64,000 nucleotides of DNA from Candidatus Anderseniibacteriota bacterium (GTDB taxonomy: Bacteria; Patescibacteriota; Andersenbacteria; UBA10190): positions 18,232-82,231 of the forward strand of contig JBBDOX010000018.1 of the NCBI GenBank assembly GCA_040876835.1, read 5' to 3'. The stretch's first letter is position 1. Each line of letters opens with the position of its first letter. Below, one piece after another: positions 1-9,991 of the stretch. The position numbers and the translations under genes were made by a program. Below the pieces are notes generated by a model. The model had not been told where the DNA came from, did no database searches, and saw only the letters and a program-made list of their open reading frames with translations.

Positions 1-2
1 AA

Positions 3-782
3 CTTACTCTGCTGGAGGATAAGGGCCAGATCCTTTTACTTAGGACGCTCGCTGTCCAGGATATTGAAAAGTATGAACTGCGAGATACGCAGCGTCCGGC
101 CCGTGATGCCCGGGTTGGCATGCTCCCGCCGAAGGTAGCTCAAATGATGATTAATATTGCCCTGAGAGAAGTCAATGCGCCTCAACCGGCCATCCTTGAT
201 CCGTTCTGTGGTGCCGGAACCATCTTGCAAGAAGCCTGGCTTATGGGCTTCCAGTCAGTTGGAGCAGACGCCAGTTCAAACATGGTTGCCGCCAGTCACG
301 AAAACCTTACCTGGTTGCACAGCAAGTTTAATGTCGCAGATGACAAGCAACCAGAGCTGCTTGAGCATGATGCGCGCCAGCCGTATCCTGAGCACTGGAA
401 TGAAACATTTGATGCCGTAATCACTGAGCCCTTCTTAGGCAAACCGATCTCTACTCCCCTGCCCTCCGCAGCTGATCTGGAACAGTGGCAGGCTCCGCTG
501 CACGAGCTATACACTCGCGCCTTATTTATTTTGAATGCGGTTGTAAAGCCCGGGGGTGTGATTCTCTTCCTGCTGCCAGCGGCTAAGGTCGGGACGAATA
601 GCTTCACTCCCCTACCCGAGGCGATATTTGACGAAATACAGAAAGCCGGATACAGTATGGTACAGCTTGTTCCGGAGGTACTGGAGCCTTTTATTGCTCC
701 AACAGATCGAGGCACACTCATGTATTCCCGCCCCGACGCCCTGGTAGCACGCGAATTTACATTGTGGAAAAAGAATTCATAA
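3..782 (+). CDS. SAM-dependent methyltransferase (Trm11/THUMP-type RNA methylase-like), 5'-truncated by window
   Basis: MLPPKVAQMM, motif I ILDPFCGAGT, motif IV ITEPFLG; the frame stays open from position 3. Confidence 0.75.
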   Translation, partial: LTLLEDKGQILLLRTLAVQDIEKYELRDTQRPARDARVGMLPPKVAQMMINIALREVNAPQPAILDPFCGAGTILQEAWLMGFQSVGADASSNMVAASHENLTWLHSKFNVADDKQPELLEHDARQPYPEHWNETFDAVITEPFLGKPISTPLPSAADLEQWQAPLHELYTRALFILNAVVKPGGVILFLLPAAKVGTNSFTPLPEAIFDEIQKAGYSMVQLVPEVLEPFIAPTDRGTLMYSRPDALVAREFTLWKKNS

Positions 783-788
783 TATCCT

Positions 789-1067
789 ATGGCACATAAG
801 AAAGCAGCAGGTTCAACTCAGCTTGGACGCGATTCAATTAGTAAGCGCCTAGGCGTTAAGATTTTCGGCGGGCAGAAAGTTTCCGCCGGCCAGATTATCA
901 TCCGTCAGCGCGGCAGCAAATATCGACCAGGTGATGGTGTCCGCCAGGGCGCAGACGATACGCTCTACGCCGCTATTGATGGAGCGGTATCGTTCACCAG
1001 CAAAAAAATCCGAAGTTTCACTGGCGCCCTCAAGAAAGCAACTTTCGTCAGTATTGAGAAGAAATAG
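789..1067 (+). CDS. rpmA: 50S ribosomal protein L27
   Basis: [29 protein letters not shown] signature. Confidence 0.98.
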   Translation: MAHKKAAGSTQLGRDSISKRLGVKIFGGQKVSAGQIIIRQRGSKYRPGDGVRQGADDTLYAAIDGAVSFTSKKIRSFTGALKKATFVSIEKK

Positions 1068-1076
1068 TCTCACCGT

Positions 1077-1105
1077 AAAACCCTCCGGAAAACCGGAGGG
1101 TTTTT
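1077..1105. terminator. bidirectional intrinsic terminator
   Basis: AAAACCCTCCGG-AAAA-CCGGAGGGTTTTT between convergent genes. Confidence 0.85.
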
Positions 1106-1107
1106 GC

Positions 1108-2202
1108 TTACTTTAATATAGAAGGATTGAGTCGAATAATTTTATCGTCTCCACTTTTGGGCCGGCCACGGCCGTCCCTGTTATTTGTCAGGATGTATAT
1201 GTCTTCGTCAGGTCCAATAGCAACTGTGCGCAGGCGCCCGTATACTCCTCCCAGGTAAGATTTCAGATCATGTGCAGATTCACCGTCCACTACCGCGCTA
1301 TACACAGATTGCCCCCGCAGTCCTACAAACAAGATGCGTCCATCCAGATATGCTGCACCGCTAGGCGCCCACACATGTGCGGTACTGGAGTGAAGTATGG
1401 GCAAAATCATCCCATCCCCCTGCTCATCGCCTTCAATAACCGGCCAGCCGTAGTTTCCACCTGACTGGATACGATTTACTTCATCAAGTCCCGACTGTCC
1501 GTGTTCTGTCGCCCACAGCTGCCGGCTGCCATCCCAGGCTAGCCCCTGGGGGTTACGATGGCCGTAGGAATATACAGCGTTGTTAAAGGGGTTGTCCTCT
1601 GGAATAGAGCCATCATCATTCAGCCTCAATATCTTACCGCCTAGGCTGGATGTATCCTGAGCTGAATTTCTCTGTCCGGCGTCTCCGGTCGTAATGTACA
1701 AATACCCGTCAGGGCCAAAAGCGATTCGACCCCCATCATGGAATTGTGAGCCGGGGATGTTTTCAATAATGACTGTGCGATCAGTCAATTGTATTCCTGC
1801 TAGTCTGTATCGCTCCACTCTGTTTGTTACTCCGTTACCGACACTCGTGGTTAGGTATAAGTAGAGATAAGAATTTTCCAAAAATTCCGGATGCAACGTT
1901 AAACCCAGCAATCCTCCTTCTCCGATATGTCGCACTCCCGCTACTTCAATCACCTCGCGATTTTGTCCTATACGTACCAAGCGTCCAGGTCGCTCCGTCA
2001 CCAGCATGTCGCCTTCCGGTAACCAGGCGATCTCCCAGGGAATGGTGAGGTTTTCAGCGACTATTTCAACTTCCCCTTCAGCAGGCAGTACTACATCCTC
2101 AAATTTTTCAGTTGGAGCGAATACGACCCGGGACATTAAAACCCAGTACACAGCGACGCCAATGCCAATTACTACTCCGAGGGTTAAGAGAATTTTCTTC
2201 AT
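1108..2202 (-). CDS. PQQ-dependent glucose/sorbosone dehydrogenase family beta-propeller
   Basis: GEGGLLG, HDGGRIAFGPDG, YGHRNPQG, GGNYGWP motifs; N-terminal membrane anchor. Confidence 0.92.
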   Translation of the reverse strand: MKKILLTLGVVIGIGVAVYWVLMSRVVFAPTEKFEDVVLPAEGEVEIVAENLTIPWEIAWLPEGDMLVTERPGRLVRIGQNREVIEVAGVRHIGEGGLLGLTLHPEFLENSYLYLYLTTSVGNGVTNRVERYRLAGIQLTDRTVIIENIPGSQFHDGGRIAFGPDGYLYITTGDAGQRNSAQDTSSLGGKILRLNDDGSIPEDNPFNNAVYSYGHRNPQGLAWDGSRQLWATEHGQSGLDEVNRIQSGGNYGWPVIEGDEQGDGMILPILHSSTAHVWAPSGAAYLDGRILFVGLRGQSVYSAVVDGESAHDLKSYLGGVYGRLRTVAIGPDEDIYILTNNRDGRGRPKSGDDKIIRLNPSILK

Positions 2203-2208
2203 CCATAT

Positions 2209-2430
2209 CTAGTGTGCAATATCGAGGATTTTTTCTCTACCCGTTTTTCCGAATATGAGCATAATCGCTGATTTGGGGATATCCAGGTACTCAGCCACTG
2301 CTTCAATCACAGCCTGGTTAGCCTTCCCCTGTTTAGCCGGGGCATTGACCCACATCTTCCAGTGTGCCTTGTCAAGCTGTTCAATTCGTTCCTGTTTGGC
2401 GTTCGGTTTCACAGTAATGTATATCCTCAT
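2209..2430 (-). CDS. DUF167 (YggU-like) protein
   Basis: VKPNAK..APAKQGKANQA..G.TGREK. Confidence 0.9.
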   Translation of the reverse strand: MRIYITVKPNAKQERIEQLDKAHWKMWVNAPAKQGKANQAVIEAVAEYLDIPKSAIMLIFGKTGREKILDIAH

Positions 2431-2478
2431 GGGAGCAGAGTAGCACTTCGCCTCATGCTAGGGTATCCTGCCCCCTAT

Positions 2479-3219
2479 ATGGGACTCGTATTTTTAGATA
2501 CTGAAACAACAGGTGGCGAACCCGGGAAAGACCGCCTGTGCCAGATTTGCTACAAGCTTGGAGACACCGTTGTCGATGAGTTATTCAAACCACCCTTGCC
2601 TATCTCGATAAAGGCAATGAGTATTACGCACATCACTAATAAGATGGTTGATGACAAGCCACCATTTGTTGGCAGCAGCACACACGACGAGCTGTTCAAA
2701 CTTTTGCAGGAACATATTTTGGTTGCCCATAACGCTCCTTTTGACATCGCGGCTCTGGAAGTTGAAGACATCACTGTTCCCCAGTTCATCTGTACACTAC
2801 GTGTCGCCCGCCACTTGGATGACAGTGAGCAAATTCCTGAATATAATCTGCAGTTCCTGCGATATTACTTTGAGCTTGAGATCGAGGGTGTTCGTCCGCA
2901 CGATGCTAAAGGTGATGTCCTAGTACTTGAAGCTATCTTCAACGAGCTTTTCAGCATTGCGAAAGAAAAAAGTCAGGACAAAAGTGACCAGGATATTATC
3001 AATGAGTTTATGGAAATCTCTACTAAGCCGTCGTTAGTTCGCCGGTTTCGATTCGGGAAATACAAAGGGCAGCGTATTGAGGACGTGGTTCAGACTAATC
3101 CCGGCTATCTTGAGTGGCTCCTCGGGGAAAAAGAAGCTCAAGCCGCTACCATTTCCGGATATAACCATGACGCTGAGTTAATTTATTCGCTTAAACACTA
3201 CCTGGGTAGAACAGCTTAA
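2479..3219 (+). CDS. DEDDh 3'-5' exonuclease (DnaQ/ExoX-like) with C-terminal FGKYKG domain
   Basis: FLDTETTG, VAHNAPFD, HDAKGDV, FGKYKG..YLEWLL; start placed at ATG 2479. Confidence 0.9.
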   Translation: MGLVFLDTETTGGEPGKDRLCQICYKLGDTVVDELFKPPLPISIKAMSITHITNKMVDDKPPFVGSSTHDELFKLLQEHILVAHNAPFDIAALEVEDITVPQFICTLRVARHLDDSEQIPEYNLQFLRYYFELEIEGVRPHDAKGDVLVLEAIFNELFSIAKEKSQDKSDQDIINEFMEISTKPSLVRRFRFGKYKGQRIEDVVQTNPGYLEWLLGEKEAQAATISGYNHDAELIYSLKHYLGRTA

Positions 3220-3274
3220 ATGAAAAACCGAAGCAGCTTCGGTAGAGCCGCTTCGGGAATATGAAGCGCAGAGA

Positions 3275-3460
3275 TCAGCCCTCCTTTGCCAGGGCGATGA
3301 ACGCCCTGGTTTTGAGAACCTGAACGAGGATGATGCTGCCCGCCAGACAAGCCTGCCTAGCGGGTGGTCCACTTGGATGGGCCACAGCCACGCCAAGAAC
3401 CATCACCAAGATGAAGGTCAGCAAACAAAACCCCAACAGCGTAAGGAGTCGCGAGTTCAT
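3275..3460 (-). CDS. small hypothetical membrane protein
   Basis: GGAGG SD before ATG 3460, two hydrophobic segments, hairpin plus T-tract downstream (3223-3256). Confidence 0.55.
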   Translation of the reverse strand: MNSRLLTLLGFCLLTFILVMVLGVAVAHPSGPPARQACLAGSIILVQVLKTRAFIALAKEG

Positions 3461-3758
3461 TTCCACCTCCATTGGAGCTCTCGCACGGACGAACATGCTT
3501 ATGCATGTCCAGGCATCAAGATTCTGGATTTTTCCAGCACCCTACATCCCTGGACATCGTTTAAGACTCATCCTACTCCCGAAGCCTGAATAAAGAACTT
3601 TCCGAAATCTGAGTGAAAAAAATATACTCCTACACCTTTTAAAGTCAAGTATCGGCTTTTTCAGTTTTGCACAGCATATTCTGCTGTGCTAAGCCCTGCT
3701 TCCTTCTACCCGTACAAACAACAATAAATATTCCTACATTTGTGTTATACTTCCTCCC

Positions 3759-3848
3759 ATGGAAATTCTCTCCTTTATCCCTCTCATGAGCAGCATGGCC
3801 TTCGGCGTAGCACTCATGTTCGCATTCTCGCACTTGATGGATCAATAG
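3759..3848 (+). CDS. 29-aa hydrophobic peptide MEILSFIPLMSSMAFGVALMFAFSHLMDQ (absent from ORF track)
   Basis: TATACT 7 nt upstream of the ATG, matching the leaderless pattern of core genes; single TM-like helix. Confidence 0.4.
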   Translation: MEILSFIPLMSSMAFGVALMFAFSHLMDQ

Positions 3849-3937
3849 GCCACCCTTGCCAGCGAGGCCTTAATCCCTTATATTTGCCGACAGTTCGTTC
3901 ACATCCCACCGCTCTCTCATGAGCAGGAGTGTAAGCT

Positions 3938-4948
3938 GTGCAAGAAACCCTCGCGCTGCCGATTTACAATGAGATATTTCGTCTGTGTGCTCATTTGAGC
4001 ATGGTCGCTACAACCTACGAGACGCAGGCTGACTCAGATGTCGAGATGCGGGAGTTCGAATCTTTCATGCAGCGGATGCCTGTTCCCCCGGAGCCGTGGC
4101 ATGCCTGGTATTTCTTCCAGGAATGCATGCATGAGATTCAAAAGACTCAAGCCAAGCTCCGACACTGCTTCGACAGGTTTGATCGAGACCTGTTTGCGCC
4201 GGATCTTTTTGATCAGACTCGTGCTCTGCTGTTTACTGATCTCCTGTTCCACTACTGGACCGGGGCTCACAGCTGGCACCTGAGCTGGCCGCTGGTCGAA
4301 TCTGTTTCGTGCCTGGCTGTCGACAGCAGTCTGGTTCTGGCGGACATGCAGGGCTCAAGGCTGCCCCCAAGCGTATGGATCGAATGGGATACGCCTTCTG
4401 GAGAGCACAAGCCCTGGATCCGCAACGCTCGCGGTTTGCTCGTCTCCCGAATTCCAATTTTCGATGCACCCCTGGAGTTCCGTCAGCAGGTCGCCGAGGG
4501 GTGCAAAGGTCTGGGCAAGACGCGTCAACAGCACTTCTTCGAAGCTCTTGCCGATGCGGCAACCGAGCGTTCCTGTTTGGGCTTTTCGATCACCGCAGTC
4601 CTGAAAAACAGTCAGGGACTGCAATTCGTGACGAGCTACATCGGGCACGAGATGGAGGAAACCGTGCGTGATATGTTTGAATGTCACATTGAGAATGTGC
4701 GTTCAGACAACCCCAAGCTGAAAGAGATTCAGCTGGTGTGGCCGATGACCGCGATTAAACTCCTGCTGTACGCAAGCAGTCAGAACCTGTTTGCGGACGA
4801 AAGGACGCTGACTCGGACAAAGGCTGACAGCATCAAGGAGATCGGCAACAGCTGCGGCACATTCTACCGGCGCAAGGCATTAAGTGGCCCGCGTCTGCAG
4901 ATCCAACCGCACAACGTGGAGCGGAAACCATTCAGGCTCGATGCCTGA
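3938..4948 (+). CDS. hypothetical protein (orphan cassette)
   Basis: 336-aa ORF, AGGAG SD before GTG, terminator at 4950-4978. Confidence 0.75.
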   Translation: MQETLALPIYNEIFRLCAHLSMVATTYETQADSDVEMREFESFMQRMPVPPEPWHAWYFFQECMHEIQKTQAKLRHCFDRFDRDLFAPDLFDQTRALLFTDLLFHYWTGAHSWHLSWPLVESVSCLAVDSSLVLADMQGSRLPPSVWIEWDTPSGEHKPWIRNARGLLVSRIPIFDAPLEFRQQVAEGCKGLGKTRQQHFFEALADAATERSCLGFSITAVLKNSQGLQFVTSYIGHEMEETVRDMFECHIENVRSDNPKLKEIQLVWPMTAIKLLLYASSQNLFADERTLTRTKADSIKEIGNSCGTFYRRKALSGPRLQIQPHNVERKPFRLDA

Positions 4949-4978
4949 CAAGCTTCTCAAAATGGGGAGGCTTTTTTA

Positions 4979-5968
4979 TTACTGCGCTCTTTCAACCACA
5001 GAAAGAATACTGCCCTTCTCCTCTTCATCCGCCACCCTCGGCTGAGCATTATGTTCAATAATAACGGGAACAAACTCGACACCGGTAAGCTCCGATCCGG
5101 TGAACGTGTACTTCCCCACTATTCCCTCACTGGTTTTCCTTGACCAGTTCTGATCAAAAATGAAGTTGCCATGAGAATATACAATGAGCTTTCCGTTATA
5201 TTCCTCTGTCGTCTGAACCCAGTGAGGATGATTACCGAGCACCAGATCGGCCCCGGCGTCGATTGCTGCATATGCCAGCTCTTGCTGACGTTGGGTGGGT
5301 CGCTCGTGGTACTCCCCTCCCCAATGAAACATCACGGCGACCACAGCAGCTGCTTGTTTTGCTTCAATTATATCCTTCTGTATCAATCCAGGATCTGCTT
5401 TAGTCACAGCATGCTGCCACTGCGTTTCTACATCGTTATATCCTAAAAAGCCGAAGCGAGTCCCACGCACTTCCTGAACTACAAGGCTCCCCGTTCCCAC
5501 AGTTGCTATCCCCTGCTCGTTTAGTAATGTTTTTGTTTGCTGGAAACCGTCAACGCCGTAATTTTCCGCGTGATTATTAGCCAGGCTTGCTATATCCACC
5601 CCTGCCTGTTTCATGGCTGCAATGTGGCGTATATCACCACAGAACTTCATACCCTCAGCCGTTACGGGACAGGATTTGATGATAGGAGATTCCAGATTAA
5701 TGAAAGCAAGGTCGGCAGCCGATACAAGGTCAGCCATGTTTTGCCATGGCCAGAAGAAATCATTTTTTCGCACTGCCTGCATATTCACAAAACGTCCTAA
5801 CATTACATCGCCTGTCACCAGCAGCGTTGTCTCTGCCGGAAGAGGCGAGGCGGTTGGTGTGACGGAAAACGATTCGATAGCACTCTCGGATACCGTAGTA
5901 CTCCTTGCTGCCAGCAAGAGCGATACTAGTATAAGCAGCGGCAGCGCAATCACTCTGACTTCATACAT
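4979..5968 (-). CDS. CapA/PgsA-family metallophosphoesterase
   Basis: GDVMLGR, NLESP, SLANNH, HWGGEY, GNHPHW, YSHGNFIFDQ. Confidence 0.93.
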   Translation of the reverse strand: MYEVRVIALPLLILVSLLLAARSTTVSESAIESFSVTPTASPLPAETTLLVTGDVMLGRFVNMQAVRKNDFFWPWQNMADLVSAADLAFINLESPIIKSCPVTAEGMKFCGDIRHIAAMKQAGVDIASLANNHAENYGVDGFQQTKTLLNEQGIATVGTGSLVVQEVRGTRFGFLGYNDVETQWQHAVTKADPGLIQKDIIEAKQAAAVVAVMFHWGGEYHERPTQRQQELAYAAIDAGADLVLGNHPHWVQTTEEYNGKLIVYSHGNFIFDQNWSRKTSEGIVGKYTFTGSELTGVEFVPVIIEHNAQPRVADEEEKGSILSVVERAQ

Positions 5969-6104
5969 TCCCTCATCATACCGGACATACTATACCTCCT
6001 ACTATATACAGCTATTTTTGTTCTCTTGCTTCAACTTTTATTAGTGGCATAATGATGGCAAATACCAACACGTCTTCCCGCTCTTTCCTGAAAGGAGAAT
6101 TTCC

Positions 6105-6461
6105 TTGAGCTACGCCGTTCGCGATGTGACCGATTTCGCGAGCCTGGCGTTAGCCCAAGGGCTTGCCAGGCTTCCTAGGAGACGTTTCCCTCTCTTAGCC
6201 TATGTGGAGTTTGTGCGGGTAATTGATTTTTCGTCGTACTGTACGCGGCGGGACGTCAGGCACCTTCTTGCCTACTTTGCCCTCTGTCCTGAGGTGGAAG
6301 GGATCTGCATTCTTGCTGTAGCACCCACCCTTGCTACCGGGACGGTGGTTCAATGGCATTCTCTCAATGATCTTAGCCCTTCCTCTCTCCGTACAGAGAA
6401 TCTGGGGGGTTGTGAGGTCAAAACTTTCTGGAAGATCCTGCAGGAATACAGGTCTCAGTAG
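6105..6461 (+). CDS. hypothetical protein, paralogue of 6643..7017
   Basis: AAAGGAG SD before TTG; motifs align with the next ORF; hairpin plus T-tract after the stop. Confidence 0.7.
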   Translation: MSYAVRDVTDFASLALAQGLARLPRRRFPLLAYVEFVRVIDFSSYCTRRDVRHLLAYFALCPEVEGICILAVAPTLATGTVVQWHSLNDLSPSSLRTENLGGCEVKTFWKILQEYRSQ

Positions 6462-6642
6462 GTAGCTGGCACAGACTGCTGGCTTTTTTCTTGATTTGAC
6501 ATATATGCGTATATACTTTACTATTGAAAACTTCACTTGGGCACCCGGCTCAAGTTTGTTCATTCCAGACTAAAAACAAGGAGGTATTTAAGAGCAGCTG
6601 GATGCGCGGTGTTGAAACCAGGCTCACTTGAAAGGATTTCAC

Positions 6643-7017
6643 TTGGTTACTAAGGATGATGAAGCGGTTCGAGCCGCGCTGGTGGAGCACATCATCGGCC
6701 TTCCCATTCAAGAAAAGGACATCCTGAGCTGGGTCGAATTCACTTCCCACTGCAAAGAGGAGGACCGTTTCTTCCTCTGCTACTTTGAGTGGCACATCGT
6801 TCGAGGCGCAGCTGTGCTTCGCATGACGCCCAACTCAAAGCCTGCAGTGCACTGGCACTTGCTGACGGACTGGTACGACGAACACCAGAGTGACGGGTGC
6901 TGTCCCGAGCGGTACATCGGCGGATGTCCGTCTGCACTGTTCTTCGCCTTGCTGGAACAGCATACCCCCGAACATGCGATTGGACGCCCCACCGAGGTGG
7001 CTGCCCTTTCCGCCTGA
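6643..7017 (+). CDS. hypothetical protein, paralogue of 6105..6461
   Basis: AAAGGA SD before TTG 6643; shared VEF, WH.L.D and GGC motifs; terminator 7026-7058. Confidence 0.7.
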   Translation: MVTKDDEAVRAALVEHIIGLPIQEKDILSWVEFTSHCKEEDRFFLCYFEWHIVRGAAVLRMTPNSKPAVHWHLLTDWYDEHQSDGCCPERYIGGCPSALFFALLEQHTPEHAIGRPTEVAALSA

Positions 7018-7180
7018 ATACGTTTGCGCCGCAGGCACCCTCCTGACGGCGTTTTTTTGTTTGTACCACTGCCTATTGCAATTTTTGTAAGGCATTGTTA
7101 AACAGAAATACCTTGAGCCATACGTTTGGTTTGAGTCTTTCCAGGGTGTTCTCTTCTCAGTTCATTCAGAAGGAGACGGA

Positions 7181-7804
7181 ATGAGTACTCTTCTTCCCAC
7201 TTACGGTTGGAGCAAGAAGCAGACGGCGGACCCAGGCGGCTACTTGGAGGAGATGGGTCAATACGCGGAAGCACTGAAAAAGCATCGCGGCACCTACTTC
7301 ACCCACGAGCTGCTTTCACCCAGCTCAAGTAAGCTTCGGGGTGTTGCGGTGATCGGTGAGGCAGCGTTCCTCGAGAGGACTTCCAATGGATTTCTAGTCG
7401 GATTGTTCCGACTCGAAAACAGGTTTCATCAGAATCCTCTCTTTGACCTCTTGCCACCCGGGACGCTCTGGCCGAAAATCGGCATCGTAGAAATGGGTGT
7501 GAGGGACCTCCTCGAGAGCAGCGGGATCGAGGTCACTCAAGGACCCATCGACTACACCCTCCCCTCTCCGCATAAGGTGAGCACCGTTTGGCTGCACCGG
7601 GAAATTGACGCCTACGAGCAACGCCTCGTCGTGAGTACTCATTGGAAGGCAAGCGGCCTTCACGAGCTGGTGGGCACAATCCTGTCGTCCAGAGACATTC
7701 GATGGGCGTCCGGCCAGGGAGGCCTTGTGCTTCAGCGGTACTCCTTCGAGCGTCCAGAAGCACAGGAGCTGTTGTTCCCCTACAGCTACCCGCCAAAGAC
7801 GTAA
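7181..7804 (+). CDS. hypothetical protein (orphan cassette)
   Basis: AAGGAG SD, 207 aa, terminator 7809-7842. Confidence 0.7.
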   Translation: MSTLLPTYGWSKKQTADPGGYLEEMGQYAEALKKHRGTYFTHELLSPSSSKLRGVAVIGEAAFLERTSNGFLVGLFRLENRFHQNPLFDLLPPGTLWPKIGIVEMGVRDLLESSGIEVTQGPIDYTLPSPHKVSTVWLHREIDAYEQRLVVSTHWKASGLHELVGTILSSRDIRWASGQGGLVLQRYSFERPEAQELLFPYSYPPKT

Positions 7805-7840
7805 GTCCAAGCCTTACTGCGCCTTCAGCAGTCAGGCTTT

Positions 7841-9484
7841 TTATTTACCTGTGTTATTAGTCGCCGCAACGAAGGCGTTGAATAGCGGGTGACCGTTTAT
7901 AGGGCGAGCGGTGAATTCGGGGTGAAACTGTACACCTACAAACCAAGGATGGTCAGCAACCTCTACTACTTCAACCAAGTTTCCGTCCGGAGTGGTGCCG
8001 GCGATGCGCAGCCCCGCCTGCGAGAGCGTATCTTTAAACTCGTTGTTAAACTCATACCGGTGACGGTGACGTTCGCGGATTTCGGTTGAGCCGTATGCTT
8101 TGTATGAAAAAGAATCTTTCGTCAGCACACAATCCCATCCGCCCAGACGCATCGTGCCGCCTTTGTCGTGGATGGTTTTCTGGTCTTCCATAATATGAAT
8201 AACGCAGCTATTCAGGCGATCCTGACTCTGGTCACCTTCATCGATAAATTCCTGGCTGGTGGCCTGCGCAACTCCGGCCATGTGCCGGGCATATTCAATT
8301 ACAGCCAGCTGCATGCCCAGACATAACCCCAGGTACGGGATTTTGTTTTCGCGAGCATACTGAATTGCTTTGATCTTCCCCTCAGTTCCGCGCACCCCAA
8401 ATCCACCCGGAACTGTCACGCCCTGTATACCCTCAAAAAATCGGGCAATGTCGTCTGTTTTTTCCAGCTCCTCGGCGTCAATCCAGCGCAAATTCAGATC
8501 AGTTCCGTTCTGCCAGCAGGCGGCCTTGAGGGCTGCCACAAGACTGGCGTAAGTATCAAGCATGGTTGTGTACTTGCCTACCATCGCAATCGTAGTTGTT
8601 GGCTTGGCATGCTTGATGTTATCAACCAGCTCTTTCCACTGCCCATCAATACGGGAACGCTTTGTAATCTGCAGCTTGTCCATAATCACATCGTCCAGAT
8701 GATGCTGCTCCATGATCAGGGGCACTTCGTAGACCGTGTCGACAGTTGCCAGTGGTAGAATAGAGTCCTCGCTTACGTTGGTATACAGTGAGAGTTTTTT
8801 CACAATATCGCCGTCAGTTTCATAGTCTGTGCGAGCAATGAGAATATCCGGCTGAATACCAATGCTGCGTAGTTCTCGCACGCTATTTTGCGCTGGTTTG
8901 GTTTTCACTTCATCAGAGGCTTTCAGGTACGGTAGAAAAACGACGTGCACATAGAGAACGTTTTCTTCTCCCTCTTCGAGCGCCAGCTGGCGGGCTGCTT
9001 CAACAAAGTGAAATCCTTCGTTGTCCCCTATCGTTCCGCCGATCTCCACGATGTGTACATCGCAGCCACTTTTGGCCGCGGCGTCCCGCGCCCGGCGCTT
9101 TACCTCTTCGGTTACGTGCGGAATTACCTGGACAGTTTTACCCAGATATTCACCGCGCCGCTCTTTATTAATAACTTCCTGGTAGATCTCCCCGGTCATC
9201 ACTGAGGAGTCACCCGTTAAATTCTGGTTTAAAAACCGTTCGTAGTGACCTAAATCAAGGTCAGTTTCTGCCCCGTCATCTGTTACAAAAACTTCTCCGT
9301 GTTCAGCAGGATTCAAGGTACCAGCATCGATGTTAATGTACTGGTCAAACTTCTGCATATTCACTGATAAGCCACGCTCTTTGAGGATATTCCCGATCGA
9401 AGCCGATGTAATACCTTTGCCCAGACCTGACAATACGCCTCCAGTAACAAAAATGTATTTAGGTTTTTTTGTTTTTCCTAACAT
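7841..9484 (-). CDS. pyrG: CTP synthase
   Basis: FVTGGVLSGLGKG, HGEVFVTDDGAETDLDLG, GLCLGMQ, ERHRHRYE, QFHPEF. Confidence 0.99.
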   Translation of the reverse strand: MLGKTKKPKYIFVTGGVLSGLGKGITSASIGNILKERGLSVNMQKFDQYINIDAGTLNPAEHGEVFVTDDGAETDLDLGHYERFLNQNLTGDSSVMTGEIYQEVINKERRGEYLGKTVQVIPHVTEEVKRRARDAAAKSGCDVHIVEIGGTIGDNEGFHFVEAARQLALEEGEENVLYVHVVFLPYLKASDEVKTKPAQNSVRELRSIGIQPDILIARTDYETDGDIVKKLSLYTNVSEDSILPLATVDTVYEVPLIMEQHHLDDVIMDKLQITKRSRIDGQWKELVDNIKHAKPTTTIAMVGKYTTMLDTYASLVAALKAACWQNGTDLNLRWIDAEELEKTDDIARFFEGIQGVTVPGGFGVRGTEGKIKAIQYARENKIPYLGLCLGMQLAVIEYARHMAGVAQATSQEFIDEGDQSQDRLNSCVIHIMEDQKTIHDKGGTMRLGGWDCVLTKDSFSYKAYGSTEIRERHRHRYEFNNEFKDTLSQAGLRIAGTTPDGNLVEVVEVADHPWFVGVQFHPEFTARPINGHPLFNAFVAATNNTGK

Positions 9485-9486
9485 AG

Positions 9487-9957
9487 TTATTCCTTTTCTG
9501 GTTCAGGCATTACGGCCACAACCATTGAAAATTCTACTTCGTCAGAAAGCTTAACAATCATATCGTAAGTTCCAAGCTGCTTAATTGGTTTTGTAATACT
9601 AATACTCTTGGGCGATAGCTGCAGCCCCGCCTGTTTGTTTAATTCTTCTACAATATGCTTAGGCGTAATGCTACCAAAAATCTCTTCCCCTTCATTGACC
9701 TTAGCCTGTAATTGAAGCTCTGTGCTATCAAGCTGCTGGGCTCTTTCTTCTAACTCCGCAAGCTCCGCTTCGGCCTGCTTTGTTTTCCGGCTTTCCTGCT
9801 CCTTATGCTTTTGCTGCTCCTGCTCAGTGGCGAGAGCAGCTTTCCCTTCAGCAAATAGCTTGTTGCGGGCATATCCTTCGGAGACGGTGACGATGTCGCC
9901 TGCGCTTCCCAGCGAGTCAACATTTTCAAGCAGTAGGACTTTTACGTCACCAGACAT
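9487..9957 (-). CDS. rplI: 50S ribosomal protein L9
   Basis: VLLLENVDSLG..GYARN, FGSIT, PIKQLG. Confidence 0.96.
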   Translation of the reverse strand: MSGDVKVLLLENVDSLGSAGDIVTVSEGYARNKLFAEGKAALATEQEQQKHKEQESRKTKQAEAELAELEERAQQLDSTELQLQAKVNEGEEIFGSITPKHIVEELNKQAGLQLSPKSISITKPIKQLGTYDMIVKLSDEVEFSMVVAVMPEPEKE

Positions 9958-9991
9958 CGTGGATTACTGTAACACCGATTCTCTTTCCTGT

